Made by a program: the position numbers and the translations under genes. A stretch of DNA of 64,000 nt, taken from Takakia lepidozioides (lineage: Eukaryota; Plantae; Bryophyta). Below the pieces are notes generated by a model. It was not told where the DNA came from. It did not search any database and saw only the letters and a program-made list of their open reading frames with translations. Location: the NCBI GenBank assembly GCA_030704615.1, contig CM060732.1:25730001-25794000 (forward strand), read 5' to 3'. This document shows positions 20,602-34,710 of the stretch, one piece after another (within the stretch, counting starts at the first letter, position 1; the number at the start of each line of letters is the position of its first letter).

Positions 20602-23600
20602 ATGCAACGCCAGGCACAGCTTCAAGCAGCAGGGCAGGGCCGGCGTGTCAAGGTTCGAGCTGGAGGAGCTATGGTTCGGCTGTTGTGGTTCAGTGGCTAC
20701 CTTACTGTTACACTAGCAGCACTGCTGTCGACTTATCTTTTTCCAGATGTGCTTTCTCTCTTGCGCTCCCAACACTCGCATGTGCAGCCTTATATGCTAC
20801 CAAAGGTATTTTTGCTGACCGTTTTCTACCCAGAAATGGATGCAAAGTCTTTCCTTGCAGTGTAACTCATAGATGAAAGTGTATGCACTTGAGTTATGAA
20901 AGTAAAATAAAATCCAGTGATTTGAAATTTCTTATCTGCAAGGCTTTCAACCTCAGGACGCATTTACTGTGCGTCACCACAGGCTTTCGTTTGTGGCAGC
21001 TCTTGCTTCGTGGAGATTTTGGCGGGGAAGTAGGGCATTTAACAGAGATAAGGACCGTGGGGCAGTGGGTGGCAGTGGAGGTAAATGTTTATGACCATTG
21101 ATTTGGGAGGATGTGCATGGATAGGAATAGAAGTCCTACCCTAGAAACTGAAAGCAGTAGTCAATTGTGGAAAGATGTAGCACTTGAATTAGCGGAATTT
21201 TGAGTGCAAACTGTTTACTAGAGAAACAGGCTGTCGACATTCCAATTGAGTCTCCGTGGTATGACAGTTCAAAAGTGAAGCCTTACGACCCTAGTCCTTC
21301 TGCAGTGGATCTAATACATGCCACATTGGATGGATATAGAGGGTTGACTTGGCCTTGAATCGAAGTAAGATGTTGCTGTTGTCACAATTTCCAGCAGGGT
21401 GATCTTGGAGTACAGACCAGAACTGGTGAATTGAGTTGGCTGCAAGAGCTTATTCCTCCTCATTTGTCTCGATTGGAGCAGCCGGATGTACATACTCACC
21501 ATAATGAACCTGATTACAAGGTGAGAGTTGTTTTGCCAGACTGTCCACTTTGTATCTGTTGCTTTTTGAAGGATGGTTTCATTGCGAGGGTGGGTGGGGC
21601 CGGTCAATATTGTATCGCTCTCAACCCCAGAGGATATCCTTATTGGAAATCAGTGTCACTATATTAGGTGGGATTGGGGTCTGTCAAACTTCTACAATGC
21701 AAACAAGAGCCTCCCAGAAAAGGTTGACTCCTGCTGAAACAAATGTAAATTATGGAGTCACTTATCGCGAAGGGCTACTGCCTTCCGTTTGGAAAGTGGA
21801 CACCTTGAGCCTTCCAAATAGGTTAATTGCTACAGATTCCATCATGTGCAGAAAGAAATCGAAAGAGGAAACATCATTATGTCCACAGAGGCACGCGAGG
21901 CCCATGGGAGAAGGTAAAGGACCAAGTGAAAGAGACTTCTGATCTATAGTGTCATGGGCTACCTCTGCATAATTCGATGTGTGAATCATTTGGTTGCATT
22001 AGAACCTGATTGAGATGTAAAATCATGGAAAATGGGAAGGGAGTGAAAATCTCATGGATGAGGATGAGTAACCTTATCTCAGTGGTATTGTTGGGGCATG
22101 GACCCTTCCTGTTTCCCTCAGAGCCTCTCTCGTATATTTCACTATAGGCCTAATTCCACAGTGCTTTGCTCATGCTGATTTTGGACTTTCCCATTGGATT
22201 TGTTAATCCAATCCAGAAGCTGTGGAGGCCACCACCAAATCGAGGTTTCGTGCCATGTGTTGAGCCAAGCTCTACATACACCGGTCAGCCTCTTGCTTTC
22301 CTGCTTGCCCCCTATCCTGCATGCTACTCTTGCAACTTGGAGCATGCTTTGGAAAATTCCATCCAAATGGAAGGAATTGGAAGAAATAGATTGTGAGCTT
22401 CTTCTGTGTGACCTGAAACTTTGATACTCTAGAAGCTCCATGTGAGATTAAATTTGCTTTGGGTGTCTTGAGAGCATATTACCCTTTTATAGTGTCACAA
22501 ATGTGGTCTGTGATGCCAATTGTTTGAATCCCTTGTGAACTTGGAGAAGCAGGTCCTGCAAAGACCAGAGGATATCTTCTTGTGCAGAGCAATGGAGGGC
22601 TCAATCAGATGCGAGCTGGAGTAAGACTTCCAGTTCTCTATCATGTGGTCACGGAGCTTCATTACCAGATTAACTTTATGTACTGCTTGCATTATGATTT
22701 TGAGCAAAAAGCAATTTTTTGTTTCTACAGTTGTTCATGAAGCATAGCAAGCTCAACGGAGTTGTTGGACAGCGATGTTCAAGAAGCACCGCCAGTAGAG
22801 TTGGTTTGGTCCTGTTGTCAGCTCTTTTAACTACTCTGATAAAATGTGCAGATCTGTGATATGGTGGCCGTGGCTCGCATATTAAATGCGACCCTGGTTG
22901 TTCCAGAGCTGGATAAGCGATCTTTTTGGCAAGATTCTAGGTATGAAGCATTGGTGCTATCACAATCTTATTCATGCAAATTGATTGCCACTGGATAGGT
23001 GTGATCAAGCCACTTGTGATCTTTGTTTCCCTAAATTGTTTTGGCTTCAAGGGTTCCAGGCCAATCTTTTATCCCTTTCAACCATGAAGATGACCCTCTA
23101 CGCTACTCCTCTGTAAGCTAGGAATTTTCTGGGAATGACTCTGGTGTGCAGCCCCTGGATTTCACCATGCTGGGTAATGGTTTTATTCAAAATGGATTTT
23201 TCTGCAATCCAGTCTGTGCAAATCACTAGCTTCCCTCAATTAAGCTAAAGCGACCATTGCCACAAGAGGGAAATTTGGATGCTTAAGCAGGGTTTTAAAG
23301 GTATGCCTGCTAATATTCCTGAGACTGGAGGCAAGTAGCCTTGTCAAGTTAATAACATGTTTGAGAAGAGCTAAATCTAATAGCTGTATGTATGCCTCCA
23401 CCGGTATCCTGAAGTACTCCTCCCCCTGGCAGCAATTTCTCGGATATTTTTGATGTCGACTATTTTATACATGCTTTGAAAGGAGATGTACGTGTGGTGA
23501 AAATGCTTCCGACGAAACTTTCGTCAGCACCTAAAGCCATCAAACAGTTTCGAAGCTGGTCGAATGTCAAGTATTATGAGGAGGAAATTGCTCCTCTGTG

Positions 23601-26600
23601 GCAGGATCACAAGGTTTTGTCTAACACCTCTTCCCTCCAACTTGGTTTTTTAACCTTTTTATTTTCTTCGTATCTTATCTCTTGCCCAAAATATTTGTCA
23701 TTCCTGTTGCAAGGTTGCTGCACTGACTGGTACTGTTGATTTGAGATGCTGAAGCTCGGCAATAGACCTGTCTTTGATGTTGTTTAATTGGTTTGTTGGG
23801 GACCAAATCTCTTGCATGTGCCCCTTTGACATTCCACATAAGAAATTGAGATGCAGTGACATGTTTTGTCTGCCTGATAAGCTTGCATTCCACATTGGCT
23901 TCATTTTTATAAATATGTTTTCTATGAAAGCAAGTACACAGCTATATTTCTTAGAATTGCATTGGCAAGCTACAGTGTAACTACCAGAAGTACTCCTGCC
24001 AGAAGTAGCTCAATTCAGCTGAGTTGAATCGTGCAGGTCATCCGTGCTGTGAAATCAGATTCACGGCTTGCAAATAATGATTTGCCTTCGGACATTCAAA
24101 AACTGCGTTGTCGGGTGCATTATGATGCTCTCCGGTTCTCACCTCAAATTGAAGATTTTGGGAAGGTACGTGTTCTATGTCATTAGGTGCTGGATTGCAT
24201 GAGAAGTCGCTGTAGATGGCAAGAAATATGCATGCAGAAGCTGATTGTTCATATGGAGAAGGAGAGTCACCATTGCATGCATATGTATGCTGTCCCTCAG
24301 GTCTTAGAGGCATTTTAGTTTCTCAAAGCACTTAAATCTCAATGCAACATGGGCGCTGAGCGGACTGCCTTTGCATGAAAACTTGTGTCTTTGTGGAATG
24401 CCCTATGGTTGCATCTGCATTTCTGTCCTTAAACCTGCCAGTATGCGAGATGTAAGAATCCAAGGTCCACAGACTCAGAAGAAGATTATGACATGTTGTA
24501 TGCGAAGCATTGGAATTGTTCCACAGTGGTATTGCACTCTGGAAGCATGCTGTTAGCTGTTTGGAAGTTGGAAATATTTGGAAGCTGCGCAGCCTGAATG
24601 TTGCTTATTGGTGTAGCTGGTGTACCAGTATGTTTAAGAAGTTCTAGCATTTTCTGGCTACACTAGGATACTTAGGTTTTGTGCAAATCTTTTTGTAGCA
24701 GAGGCATTAACAAGCCATCCGTGTTATACGAGCAGAAGTTGGTGGACAAAATGAGGTCAGATGGACCATTTATTGCATTGCATCTGCGGTATGAGAAGGA
24801 TATGCTGGCCTTTAGCGGCTGCACTTACGGTCTTACAGAGGCTGAAGCTGATGAGCTCACTAATATCAGGTATTCTTTGTCCTCGGTCATTGTCTCGCAC
24901 TTGTGATGTTCCCTGTTGATTAAAACCACTGCATTTTCTGCTTCATAGCTTGCTTATGGTCAGCAAGGACAACACTTCTGTTGGTCTAGCATTTGAAGGT
25001 AAAGTGTGGATAGTACTTCTTGATGAGCAACTGGAGGTATGTATTTGGGGTATGCTGAGGGTTTGCTTGATCACCCAGTTGCATGAGCTTGGCAAGGATG
25101 TTGCCATTACATGTTATCCTTGTCATGGATTAGAAATCCACATGTTTGTCATGGAGGGTCTGCTGGTTTTCCTGTAACGTGTTGTGTCAAGTAAAGCTGA
25201 GTTACATTATAGAGTCTGTTTTTTAGATCACCTCCCAAGAGGTGGATCGCTTTTGCAAAGTCATTTAGTGGCTCACCTGATTTTTATGGGTTTACAGACT
25301 GTCTACTCCCCATTGGAAGGTCAAGGACATCAACTCTACAGACCAGAGAAGCAGCGGCTTCTGCCCTTTGACTCCAACAGAGGTTGGCATTTTTCTGAAA
25401 GCTTTGGGCTATCCTGAGAGCACTCGTATTTATATTGCTGCTGGAGAAATTTACGGTGGTCATGAACGGATGGGTGGTCTTCTGTCTCGCTTCCCAAATG
25501 TGATGCGCAAGGTCAGCTGCACTTCTTACCTCAATGTATACACGGTGATCCCACATTTCAAGCATGCTCTCCCCTGTGGCGATGACATTTGCTATTATTT
25601 TTATATGCTCATAAATCTATGATCCAGCAACTTGCGAAAGGTGAAATTTTAAAGTCTTCTACATGTGCTGCTATATATGTACTGCGGAAATCTCTCTCTT
25701 CACTCTGGTATCCATTCTCCCAATCTAAGTGCTGCTCACCGCGCTCATGGAGCTCTATTTACCCTAATGGGCACTGAAATAATGGTCGTTTCCTCTCAGC
25801 TTTTGGAATGTGGCTTAAGTAAGCTCCGTGATTGCTTGAAATTCTGAGTAAAGGTGATTTGGCTTAGTACAGGAAACAATAGCGACTCCAGAGGAGCTTG
25901 GGCCATTTTCCAGGCATGCCTCTCAAATGGCAGCCCTTGACTACATTGTGTCAGTGGAAAGTGATGTGTTTGTGCCTTCCTACTCTGGTAACATGGCTCG
26001 TGCTGTGGAGGGGCATCGCCGGTACCTAGGACATCGCAAGACCATCAGTCCTGATAGGTATGGCTTTGTTCTTGTGCCTACTCACACAAATCCAGTTGTC
26101 ATCGGCATTGCAATAGAAGATGTGAATTGCATATGACAGGCCTTGGTCATGTGAAAGTTTAAAATTCCATGTTCTTTAGTCAAACCCAGTCTTCACATTT
26201 CGGAACTTCATGTCATTGGAAAAAGCTTCCAACAATAATAATTTTCTGTAATGGAAGTATGCTGTTTAGCATCTTCGGTTTTCTAGCCTGAGGGGCAGGA
26301 TATCACAGTGTGCACTTGGTACTGCTCATTTGATCTCTAGGGGTCTTCATCATGCATTGAAGGCTTTTTCATTTATTGATTTCGTAGTTGTAGTCTCCCT
26401 ACTCAAACTAATTCTCTCGCAAAGTTGTGAATTGTCGTGTTGAGTTAATGCATCTCTTTTGTTTTACTGGTGACAGGGTAGCTTTGGTGGCCCTCTTTGA
26501 TAAGCTAGATAGTGGGGATCTTCAGGAAGACTCAAAGCTAGCAGAATTGATTACTGAGGGTCACCGACGGCGGTAAGAAGTTCACCCCTGTCGCACTGAA

Positions 26601-27184
26601 TTGTAACCCAGTGTTCTTCCTTTGGTTGTGGTTTGTTCAGGTTGTTGAATGAGTACATGCCTGGTTAGGTGGGGCAAATGGAATTCTGTCTAATTCATTC
26701 TGAGTAGACAGAAATCGTCACCCCTGGAAAGAACCTGGGCTTCCACATACATAATCTATCAACTTGCAACAATTACTTGAAATAACAAGAGGTCTGGCAA
26801 TACTAACGCTCATGTTTATTTTAGAGACATCTCTATCATGCCAGGATGGAAGATGTTTAGTTTTCACGGAAGTGAGAGAATTCCATGACTGTGGGTGTCT
26901 TATTTAATTATCCACCCTTTGCTCCCACTGAAATTTTGTATCTGTGTAGGCAAGGAGCACCTCGGAAAAGGAAGGGTCCCATTACTGGTAGCAAAGGACG
27001 AGATCGATTTCGGACAGAAGAGGCGTTCTATACAAATCCTCTCCCTGATTGCCTTTGCCTTCAGCCAAGCCCCATGGATTTTCCGGATATTAAGGGGAGT
27101 GTAATACTAAGACCTCCTGTGCTACAGGAATGGGACAACCAGGTTAGCGAGGGGCGACCTCCTGGCTCTGAACAAATACAATAA
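20602..27184 (+). CDS. O-fucosyltransferase-family (GT106 / DUF246) type II membrane glycosyltransferase, OFUT7-like
   Basis: Exons 20602-20805, 21398-21520, 22217-22283, 22553-22620, 22852-22940, 23433-23613, 24037-24165, 24736-24869, 25298-25511, 25873-26057, 26477-26572 and 26950-27184. N-terminal TM helix, then [96 protein letters not shown] and [14 protein letters not shown]. The start codon is the least certain part. Confidence 0.93.
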
Positions 27185-28194
27185 TTGTTTTAAAGGTATT
27201 GTTCGAGTGTAAAGTGCAGAGAAGAGCTAGTATGATTTTCCATTTATCTCTTTGAATCATTCAGTTACATCATTAAAGTTTCAGTTTTGAATCACTCAAT
27301 TCTGCCTCTCCCCTTCATTTCATCCTGGGTTTGTAGTGCATGCTTTGGTTTGGCTTGAGCTGCTCTATGGCATACTTTTTAAGTCTTGGCATTGGAAATT
27401 TGACTTCAAAGTTTGTAGCTGGATGTTGACAGGACCCTAATTGAAGCCCTGAATCAGACCCTAAAGGTCCCGCTATGTCTGGACCCTAGCACTACTGTTA
27501 AGGCTAAAAGGAACCCTGTATTAAACCTGTGCAGCCTCTGTTCTGTTCTACACTTCCAGTCCCTATTGCTATGGTTGCACCCCAGAATGGTTTTTGTCAC
27601 TGCGAAAAGGACCCTTTGCTGTCCAGTTGCAACATTCGTGAACACATGTCGCGCGTATAGTTTATTGCCAACATCACATCAAGTGCAGGAGGGAGGAATA
27701 GTGCATCAAACTCTGATGGCTGCGACTTCCATGATACATATGTAAGAAAGTTCCTTCTCAAGTGGTTTCCCTGATTTTGGAGTTCTGCCTTGGTCTCCCG
27801 GCCTCAGATCAGGATTCTCAGATCTGGGAAAGCAGTCTGTCAGGATTTCATCGTATTCATGGGGCAAGTACATGCATGAAAGCAAGTAATGAGAACATTG
27901 GAGAATGGTCTAACCGTGGCACGGTGGGTGAGTGCAGTTAACACTCCTCAGTGCCTGCAAAGAAGTGGCTTTGTGGTGCTGCTTCCTCTAGGTATAGGCT
28001 TTGGTGCTAAGTGGTAACTCAAAATTTAAACCACAGCTTGTACATTAGAAGGGAAGCCTTGCTAGAGGAGTTGCGCGCCAGATCACCTTACCCAGAGAAG
28101 CCCCACACTGTTTACTCCTTCAGCATTATACCTTCACCCTCACAATACACTGCAGTTCGCCTGTTAAACAGCCTTTACTGATGGATTCAGGAGC

Positions 28195-28374
28195 CTACCA
28201 AGTTGTAGGCCAGTGGTAATGGGCACATGGCACCTTGGAAGTGGTAGGGGGCTCAATCCTCCGATTGGAATCACCAATGTGTCCACCTTCCTGCGGGAAG
28301 CCATTAGCCCCTTTGGGTGCAAGAGACAGCATAGTTTACACTTCCTTCTGAGGCTTCACAATTATTGATTATTA
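28195..28374 (+). mobile_element. tRNA-derived SINE, second (older) copy
   Basis: A box TAGGCCAGTGG (28206-28216) and degenerate B box GGCTCAATCC (28250-28259). The body aligns with 10283-10448 (agtggtaatgggcacat; gtgtcca; cataR.ttac). ATT-rich tail and degenerate TSD atggattcaggag / atgggaatcaggag. Confidence 0.7.
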
Positions 28375-29099
28375 TGGGAATCAGGAGACAGAGAAGAGTG
28401 AAAATTTGAACTTAATTTAATATCTCGAAAGGCTTGGATAGAGAAATCAACAACAAATTTCACAGGTTGGAGCCACCATGGGCCGAATGGAGTTGGACAA
28501 GGAAATGAGACTAGCTATCGGGACGAACTATTGGACGGAACATAGATGATCAGTTGGGAAGCAGGTGTTAAGTGCATGTGGACTTATTGGGATCTGCTAC
28601 ATCTGAAATACCAACCACTTCCTATCGGAACCATAGGCCCCTAATAAGGATAGATAAAAAAAACTGATCACCTGAACCTTGAGGGTAGGCTCTGCAAGAT
28701 TCACACACTTGTCAACATTCACAGTACAATTCCCATTTACATGCCTTAACTACTCCTCAAGGTAGCCCCTTTCTGGTCTCACAGTCAAGAACTAAAAATA
28801 ACTCCAAGAATAAATAAACACTGTTTTTAAGAGACAAAGCACACACATCAGGCCCTTCTTTATTTATTTACTTTTCAAAGGGTAGGCCCATGACGTTGTA
28901 TAATGCATCGTTAAATATAATCTACAACCTTAAATATTCATTCTATAATCCAGACGCAACATAACAACAACACAATCCTGTGGGTCGTACTTAGATGATG
29001 TATTAGAAGAGCCATTTAGATGGATGCAACAACACATAATCGGGTCCATCTAGTGAAGAAAGCACCGGTCGGTATGGAGTATAGAGCACTGTGTGCCAC

Positions 29100-29537
29100 C
29101 CAGGTGTTTCTTGGTTCAAATGATGCAACCTAGCCAGGTGTGCTCTGATCTTCACCCTTCCCTTGAGCCTTGTGCGTGGCGTGAGGTGACTCTGTAGAGG
29201 TTATTTTCTCTCACTATACTGATTTAAGAAAAAAGGCTACTAGTCGCGTAATGGCTCCACCGTAACTACAAAATTGGAAGGCTAGCACTAGCTGTCCTGA
29301 TTTAATAAAACAATTAAATATTATATTAATATACATTTTGTTTTTATTTTGTTTTTTTTAAATGGAAACACCTGGGAGCGACAGCTCACAAATCAGGCCC
29401 CTTGATAGAGAGACGAGAAAATAACCTCTCAGTAACCTTGCCGTAAGGCTTTCCGATGCGACACTTGCGCATGGAAGGGGGAGAAGAAGGTACCACACCC
29501 GTCAAGTAGCAGGATTTGACCACTAAAAGACATCTTG
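29100..29537. repeat. Diverged long inverted repeat (arms about 29100-29220 and 29400-29537), MITE-like
   Basis: Perfect core gaggttattttctc / gagaaaataacctc with weaker complementarity extending outward; AT-rich spacer. Confidence 0.55.
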
Positions 29538-30021
29538 CCTTAGATTCAATTACAACAAATATTTGAATCTAACTAGATAATAATGATTACATAATTTGGT
29601 AGATTAAATTAAAGTTTCATGTGACAAATATTTAGGAATTACTTTGTGAAAGGAGATTTTTGTTGTTCTTGTTATTTAACATTTTGCAAAGATTGTATAA
29701 GATAAACCATACACACAATATTTGAAGCACTTAGCATGTTAATACAACAAAATAATTAAAGGGAACACAAAATAATCTATCTATATGATTATGACATAAA
29801 TGTTTTACATATATATAATATAAAAATTACAAAATAAATGTGAAATTTAGAAAAGAAATATTTTGTGTTCTTCACCTTGTTAAAAAATGATAATAATTAA
29901 ATGCAATGAATAAATGTGAAAAATAAAATTGAATGTGATGGAGTTGGATGGATGAATTTGAAAAGAACTGAATATAATGGAACTCATTGTGAAAAAACCG
30001 AGAGGAAGTGAATGTAATAGA

Positions 30022-30142
30022 GATGAAGGGATAAGTCTGAAGGGAACTAAATATAATAGAACTAAAGGGATAAATCTGAAGGGAACTGCATATAATAAAC
30101 TGAAGGGATAAATCTGAAGGGAACTGAATATAATAAACTGAA
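30022..30142 (+). repeat. Minisatellite, about 39-40-bp unit x3
   Basis: Unit (t)gaagggataaatctgaagggaactgaatataata(aac). Confidence 0.85.
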
Positions 30143-31705
30143 TATATGCTGAGCCACCGATTGAACCAAAACAAGTATGTTGTTCACGGTATGTTCACAC
30201 ACACAGGTCCTATGACCAACACTACACCCACACCTTGTTGTTAAACATATATGCCTACGACACGTTTATGTTAAGGTATTGGCCACTTTCTCTGCTTTCT
30301 TCACTCATTCACACCTCTCCTCAAATTACTTGCCCTCGGCCGAATTTAGATCGTGTCTAACCTATGAACAACGACCCTCATTATCACTGCTAGCTTCTGC
30401 CTACCTGTCATGGATTGGTAAGTTACGCCCAAAATCTACATAACACCATGTCCTTCAAGAACCGTCGAGTTCCCGCTTCTTCAAAAAATTAATAGTTCAC
30501 ATCCCTCCAAATCGAGCCCTCACTGTGGAATAGGACCCGCCCTCAAAACTGATCTACTTATCACTCTCAACCCTAGCAAACACCCCAACCCAACTTATCA
30601 CATACTATTTCCTATGTTATATTGCTCTTAAAACTCAAAATCTACCAGAAATCACCTTTTTCCTCGATTCCCCACCATTGACTAGGGTCCAAAACAAATG
30701 CTTTCAAAACTTCTCCTCAGCTCGTTTTCTGTTTTTCCAAATACCTATTGTCACATTGGCAGTAATATGTAAATCACTTCAAACCATCGTAGATCCTTAT
30801 GAGATCAATTTGCAGGAGTCAACATGAAACTTTATGGACGACTCTAATAAGAGGGAACAATGCTGAAATATGTTGAAGAAGAAGGTCCCCCACCGCATTG
30901 TCCTTGATCTTGTGTCCTTTAAGCAGCTAGCTTTGCTTTCACCCAAGGAGCATTCAACCAACCATCAACCGCCCAAATGACGTCCTCTTGTGTGCGTTGA
31001 TGGTGTCTGATCTCAAATTGGTCTGTGCAGCTAAGCAGCCATAGATTTAAACATAGCCTCCTAAGCCCGAGCTGACCCTCCCAAGTACCTTTGAAACACC
31101 ACGGAAAATAACTAGATAAGAGAGCACGCCCCTATATTCATGACACAGCTGGTGGGTTAAATGACTAGTGAGGAGTGCAGATCTCAGAAACAAAAAGGCT
31201 GAAGAAACCTCACAAAACAAAAGAAGATTAAAGGTAGAGTATGGAGCATAACAGACAATCATCACCGCAAAGGAGAATATGACATATGGGACTGAAAAAA
31301 TCAAAGTGGAGAAGAAAAAGATTACCTAAACGCTGCTACACAAATAGGATGCGGCTCAAGCTGCAAGTGAGCGAGATCGAAAGAGCCCAGCAGATAAGTT
31401 GAAAAATGCAGAGCACCGAGAAAAAAATAGCCCATAGCGGCGGACTCTTTAGAACCCTACCTTAAACCTAAATCTCTCTTGCGGCTTGGTAGCTTTGGGA
31501 TTCAATTCCTGCTACTTTGTCTTGTGTGTATGATTTGTTTCGTGACCTATCGATTTGGGGGTGACGTTTCTTCTTGTGATATATGCCCAATGGCTTATAT
31601 GATAGGGAGGTTAAACTTTCATTCTCTACAAGGGCCTGAATGGATGGATGGATAACAATGGGTGGATGAAAAGTCTAGAGTCTATGGCAAATGGCTATTT
31701 ATTTT

Positions 31706-32165
31706 GACTTCAGCCGTTGAGTTCCGGACTTAGTGGTTTTGGCCTTGAGTAATAAATTATATATTATTTCATTGAAAACCTCAAATAAAAATACTAAAAT
31801 ATTAGTTGAAATTTAAAATTAAACATAAAATCAAAGTTCCATCTAAATTTTTAGGTTATAAAAGTATTTTATAAATTATTTTTAAAAAATAAGCTCAATG
31901 CTAGACTTCAGCCGCTCGCTCAAGTTCTGGACCTCAGCCGCTGAAGTTTTGGCCTTAAGTAATGAATTATATATCATTTCATTAAAAACCTAAAATAAAA
32001 AAAACTAAAATATTAGTTGAAATTTAAAATTAAACATAAGATCAAAGTTCAATCTAAATTTTTAAGTTTTTTTTTCCTTAAGTTATAAAATTATTTTATA
32101 ATTTGTTTAGAAAGAAAAACTCAATGCCGGACTTTAGCCGCTGAAGTTTTGGCCTTGAGTAACAA
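31706..32165 (+). repeat. AT-rich tandem repeat, about 200-220-bp unit, two copies plus a partial third
   Basis: gacttcagccg...ttttggccttgagtaa...actaaaatattagttgaaatttaaaattaaacataa is repeated. Confidence 0.85.
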
Positions 32166-33935
32166 GCCTAAAACGGCGATTGGCTCTCTTGCTTTGGCAA
32201 AACATAAGAGGAAGGTGAGAGAGGGGCATGACTCAGCACAACATACCATCGGTGCCTTGATTGACACGGTGTAAGGTCCTTTGACCACATTTTTTCCATT
32301 GACTTCAACATGATGCAAAGTCTCTCTACAAGAGAGCCAATAAACTATATATCATTTCAGGTATTATCTTGATAGGCAGGTATTAAGTGGGGAAGGTACA
32401 CCAGGAGAAAACAATCGTTGTGTGGTCTCTCTTAGGGAGGAGCCAACAAATGAAGTGAAAGGCATATATCCATGTACGTTGGATTCCCGGTGAAGGGGAC
32501 AATGTCCTAACTTGACTTTAGGCGCAAGGGAAGGAGGCACTGGTCATTCACGCTACCTATAAGTACCCAGCCACCCTTCTTCTCTCTGCTGCTTACCTGC
32601 AAGTGCCCCTCCTTCTCAGGCCCCTGAACCTGCGCTGACCCCGGACCATTCCACAGCCATTTCCAACTTGTTAGGCAGTTGCAAGTTTTGCTTGTGTATC
32701 GCACAATGTGCAGGAAGTTTGCAGGCATTGGCTATATCTGAGTCTACAGTCCCTAGCATCACAATGCAGTACATAGTCATGCGGATCGATATGCCTGTCT
32801 GACTGTTATCATGCACCGATCACCCAAGGAAGGGTGTGGTGAATGTCGGGAGGTGTATGGGTCTCCTAGCTGTGTTTCTTATAGCAGGGCTTTAAAAGGT
32901 GGACAGTGGGCCACCGTAAAGCTTTTCATACTACGGCAGGACATAATCTTCATGGTTACAAGACAAAAGACATGGAAGCATGGAGTTACGACCCTGGTCC
33001 TTGACGCTGCAGAAACATCTCTGCCCTCGTGGCTTGCGCCAGCCCGCCCTCGTGCTTGCTTTCCCTGTACCTACAAGAGGCCAAACAGCCACAATGTTGC
33101 ATACTTGCACATGGCCTTGTGCAGTGGGCAAGGACGAGGTGTTGGTTCCTCCATTATACAGGGCGCGTGCCCAAATGCAGCTCCGAATCTGCATGGAAGA
33201 GTTTGACCAACATTGTTTGACCACCCTCCAGCTCGTGTTAAACACACTCTAACTCCTACGACATGCCCTTTCTGAAGCCCTTTCTGGTATATCAGGCCAA
33301 AAGCTGAACAGAAAAGGGACATAGCTTGGAAGCTCCATGCAAAAATTTCGTAGAAGGTGAGCCTACCAAGTTTGGTGGTACAAATTCAGAAACTGGCAAT
33401 GCCATCCATCGGATCTAGCAATTTACTGCGGTGAGTGGGTTGGCTGAAGTCTGAAGAAATATTTTAGATAAACTCCGTTGGGTTTTCAGGGGTCAGATCT
33501 CCTCTGCCCAGGAGTTTTCAAAGAGTTCCCTCTGTAAGAGAGGCTGGTTAGAGAGGGACCCCACTAAATGGGTGCAACCTATGGCCACCATAGCTGGCCT
33601 ACCCTCACACTAACCAGGGTTAGCGCCCAGGCAATGAGTGGAGGTATATTATTAAGGGCCTGAGTGAATCTACAAAAAATAGAAAAAATAAGTTGGACAG
33701 AATTTTGTAGAATTTTCTCCAGAATCCATGTAAATTAGAGCTGGTTAAACATTAAACGGCGACCACAATGGGCATTTAGGGTTTACACTAGACATAGGAT
33801 GGGACTTGAATGCGCGCGTGAGAGGCTTGCCGGTACGATCCCCGGAGGGCCCACGTGGGGCTGCGGTCAAATCCCCACCCCCCCTTCTCTCGTGGATGCT
33901 TCACGCCCCACCGAGGGTCCCGCGCTCCATGTTCC

Positions 33936-34249
33936 CACTGCGGCGCTCCCTTGTTCCCGCTCCTCCGCTCCCCTGTTATTGCTCCCCGCTCCCCTACTCC
34001 CCTGTTATTGCTCCCTACTCCCCTGCTCCCTGTTATTGCTCCCCTCTCCTCCGCTCCCCTGTTATTAGAGCGGCGAAGCAGTAAAACAGGGGAGCAATAG
34101 CACAAGGGAGCCGGGAGTAGTAACACAGGGGAGCAGTAACAGGGGAGTGGCAACAGGGGAGCGGCGGACACACTGGGGAGCGGGGAACAGTGATTGGGAA
34201 CAGGGAGCGACGGACACACAGGGGAGCGGGGAACAAGGGAGCAGCAATG
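33936..34249. mobile_element. Foldback or CACTA-like miniature element built of inverted arrays of a CTCCCCTGTTA(T/C)TG module
   Basis: The left half repeats ctcccctgttattg and the right half repeats (a)acaggggag. Outer arms gctcccttgttcccgctcc / ggagcggggaacaagggagc; ends CACTG...CAATG; no clear TSD. Confidence 0.6.
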
Positions 34250-34710
34250 CTAGTTTTGCAGGAAAGAGCCATATATTCTGTTCGTCCACTAAAATTTGGA
34301 TAGAATCATCCTCCTCTGTACTTTCATCCACTGATATAATCCATATTTTGCAAAATCCATCCATAATTTATTTCTTATTTGGAGAGGTTTGGCGATCATT
34401 TTCATCCATGGAAAAACAAGGAATTTGTGACAGAATATTCCATCTTACTTTTTGAGGTCAAATTTGGCGATTATTTATTCGCCTCTATTAGAATGGCTGC
34501 TCTGGGTCTTCTTCCTTGGTGGTGATTTGAAAGCAGCCTCCCTGATGGTTGTAGCATTGGCTTTATTTGCGGCTCACAAAGCTCTCGCTTCTGCCGCCGT
34601 CATTCGTTGTCTTTGGCATTTTCGATCCTACTTGAGTTCTTCACACATGTTTCCGACCAGCAATTGGCTGAAAAACCTTAATTTAAGATAGCATCCACCT
34701 TGCATCACCC

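Noticed and set aside
32500-33400. Cluster of overlapping 60-130-aa ORFs, possibly a decayed TE or gene
   Set aside because: No motif I can recognise and no consistent splice structure; needs BLASTx.
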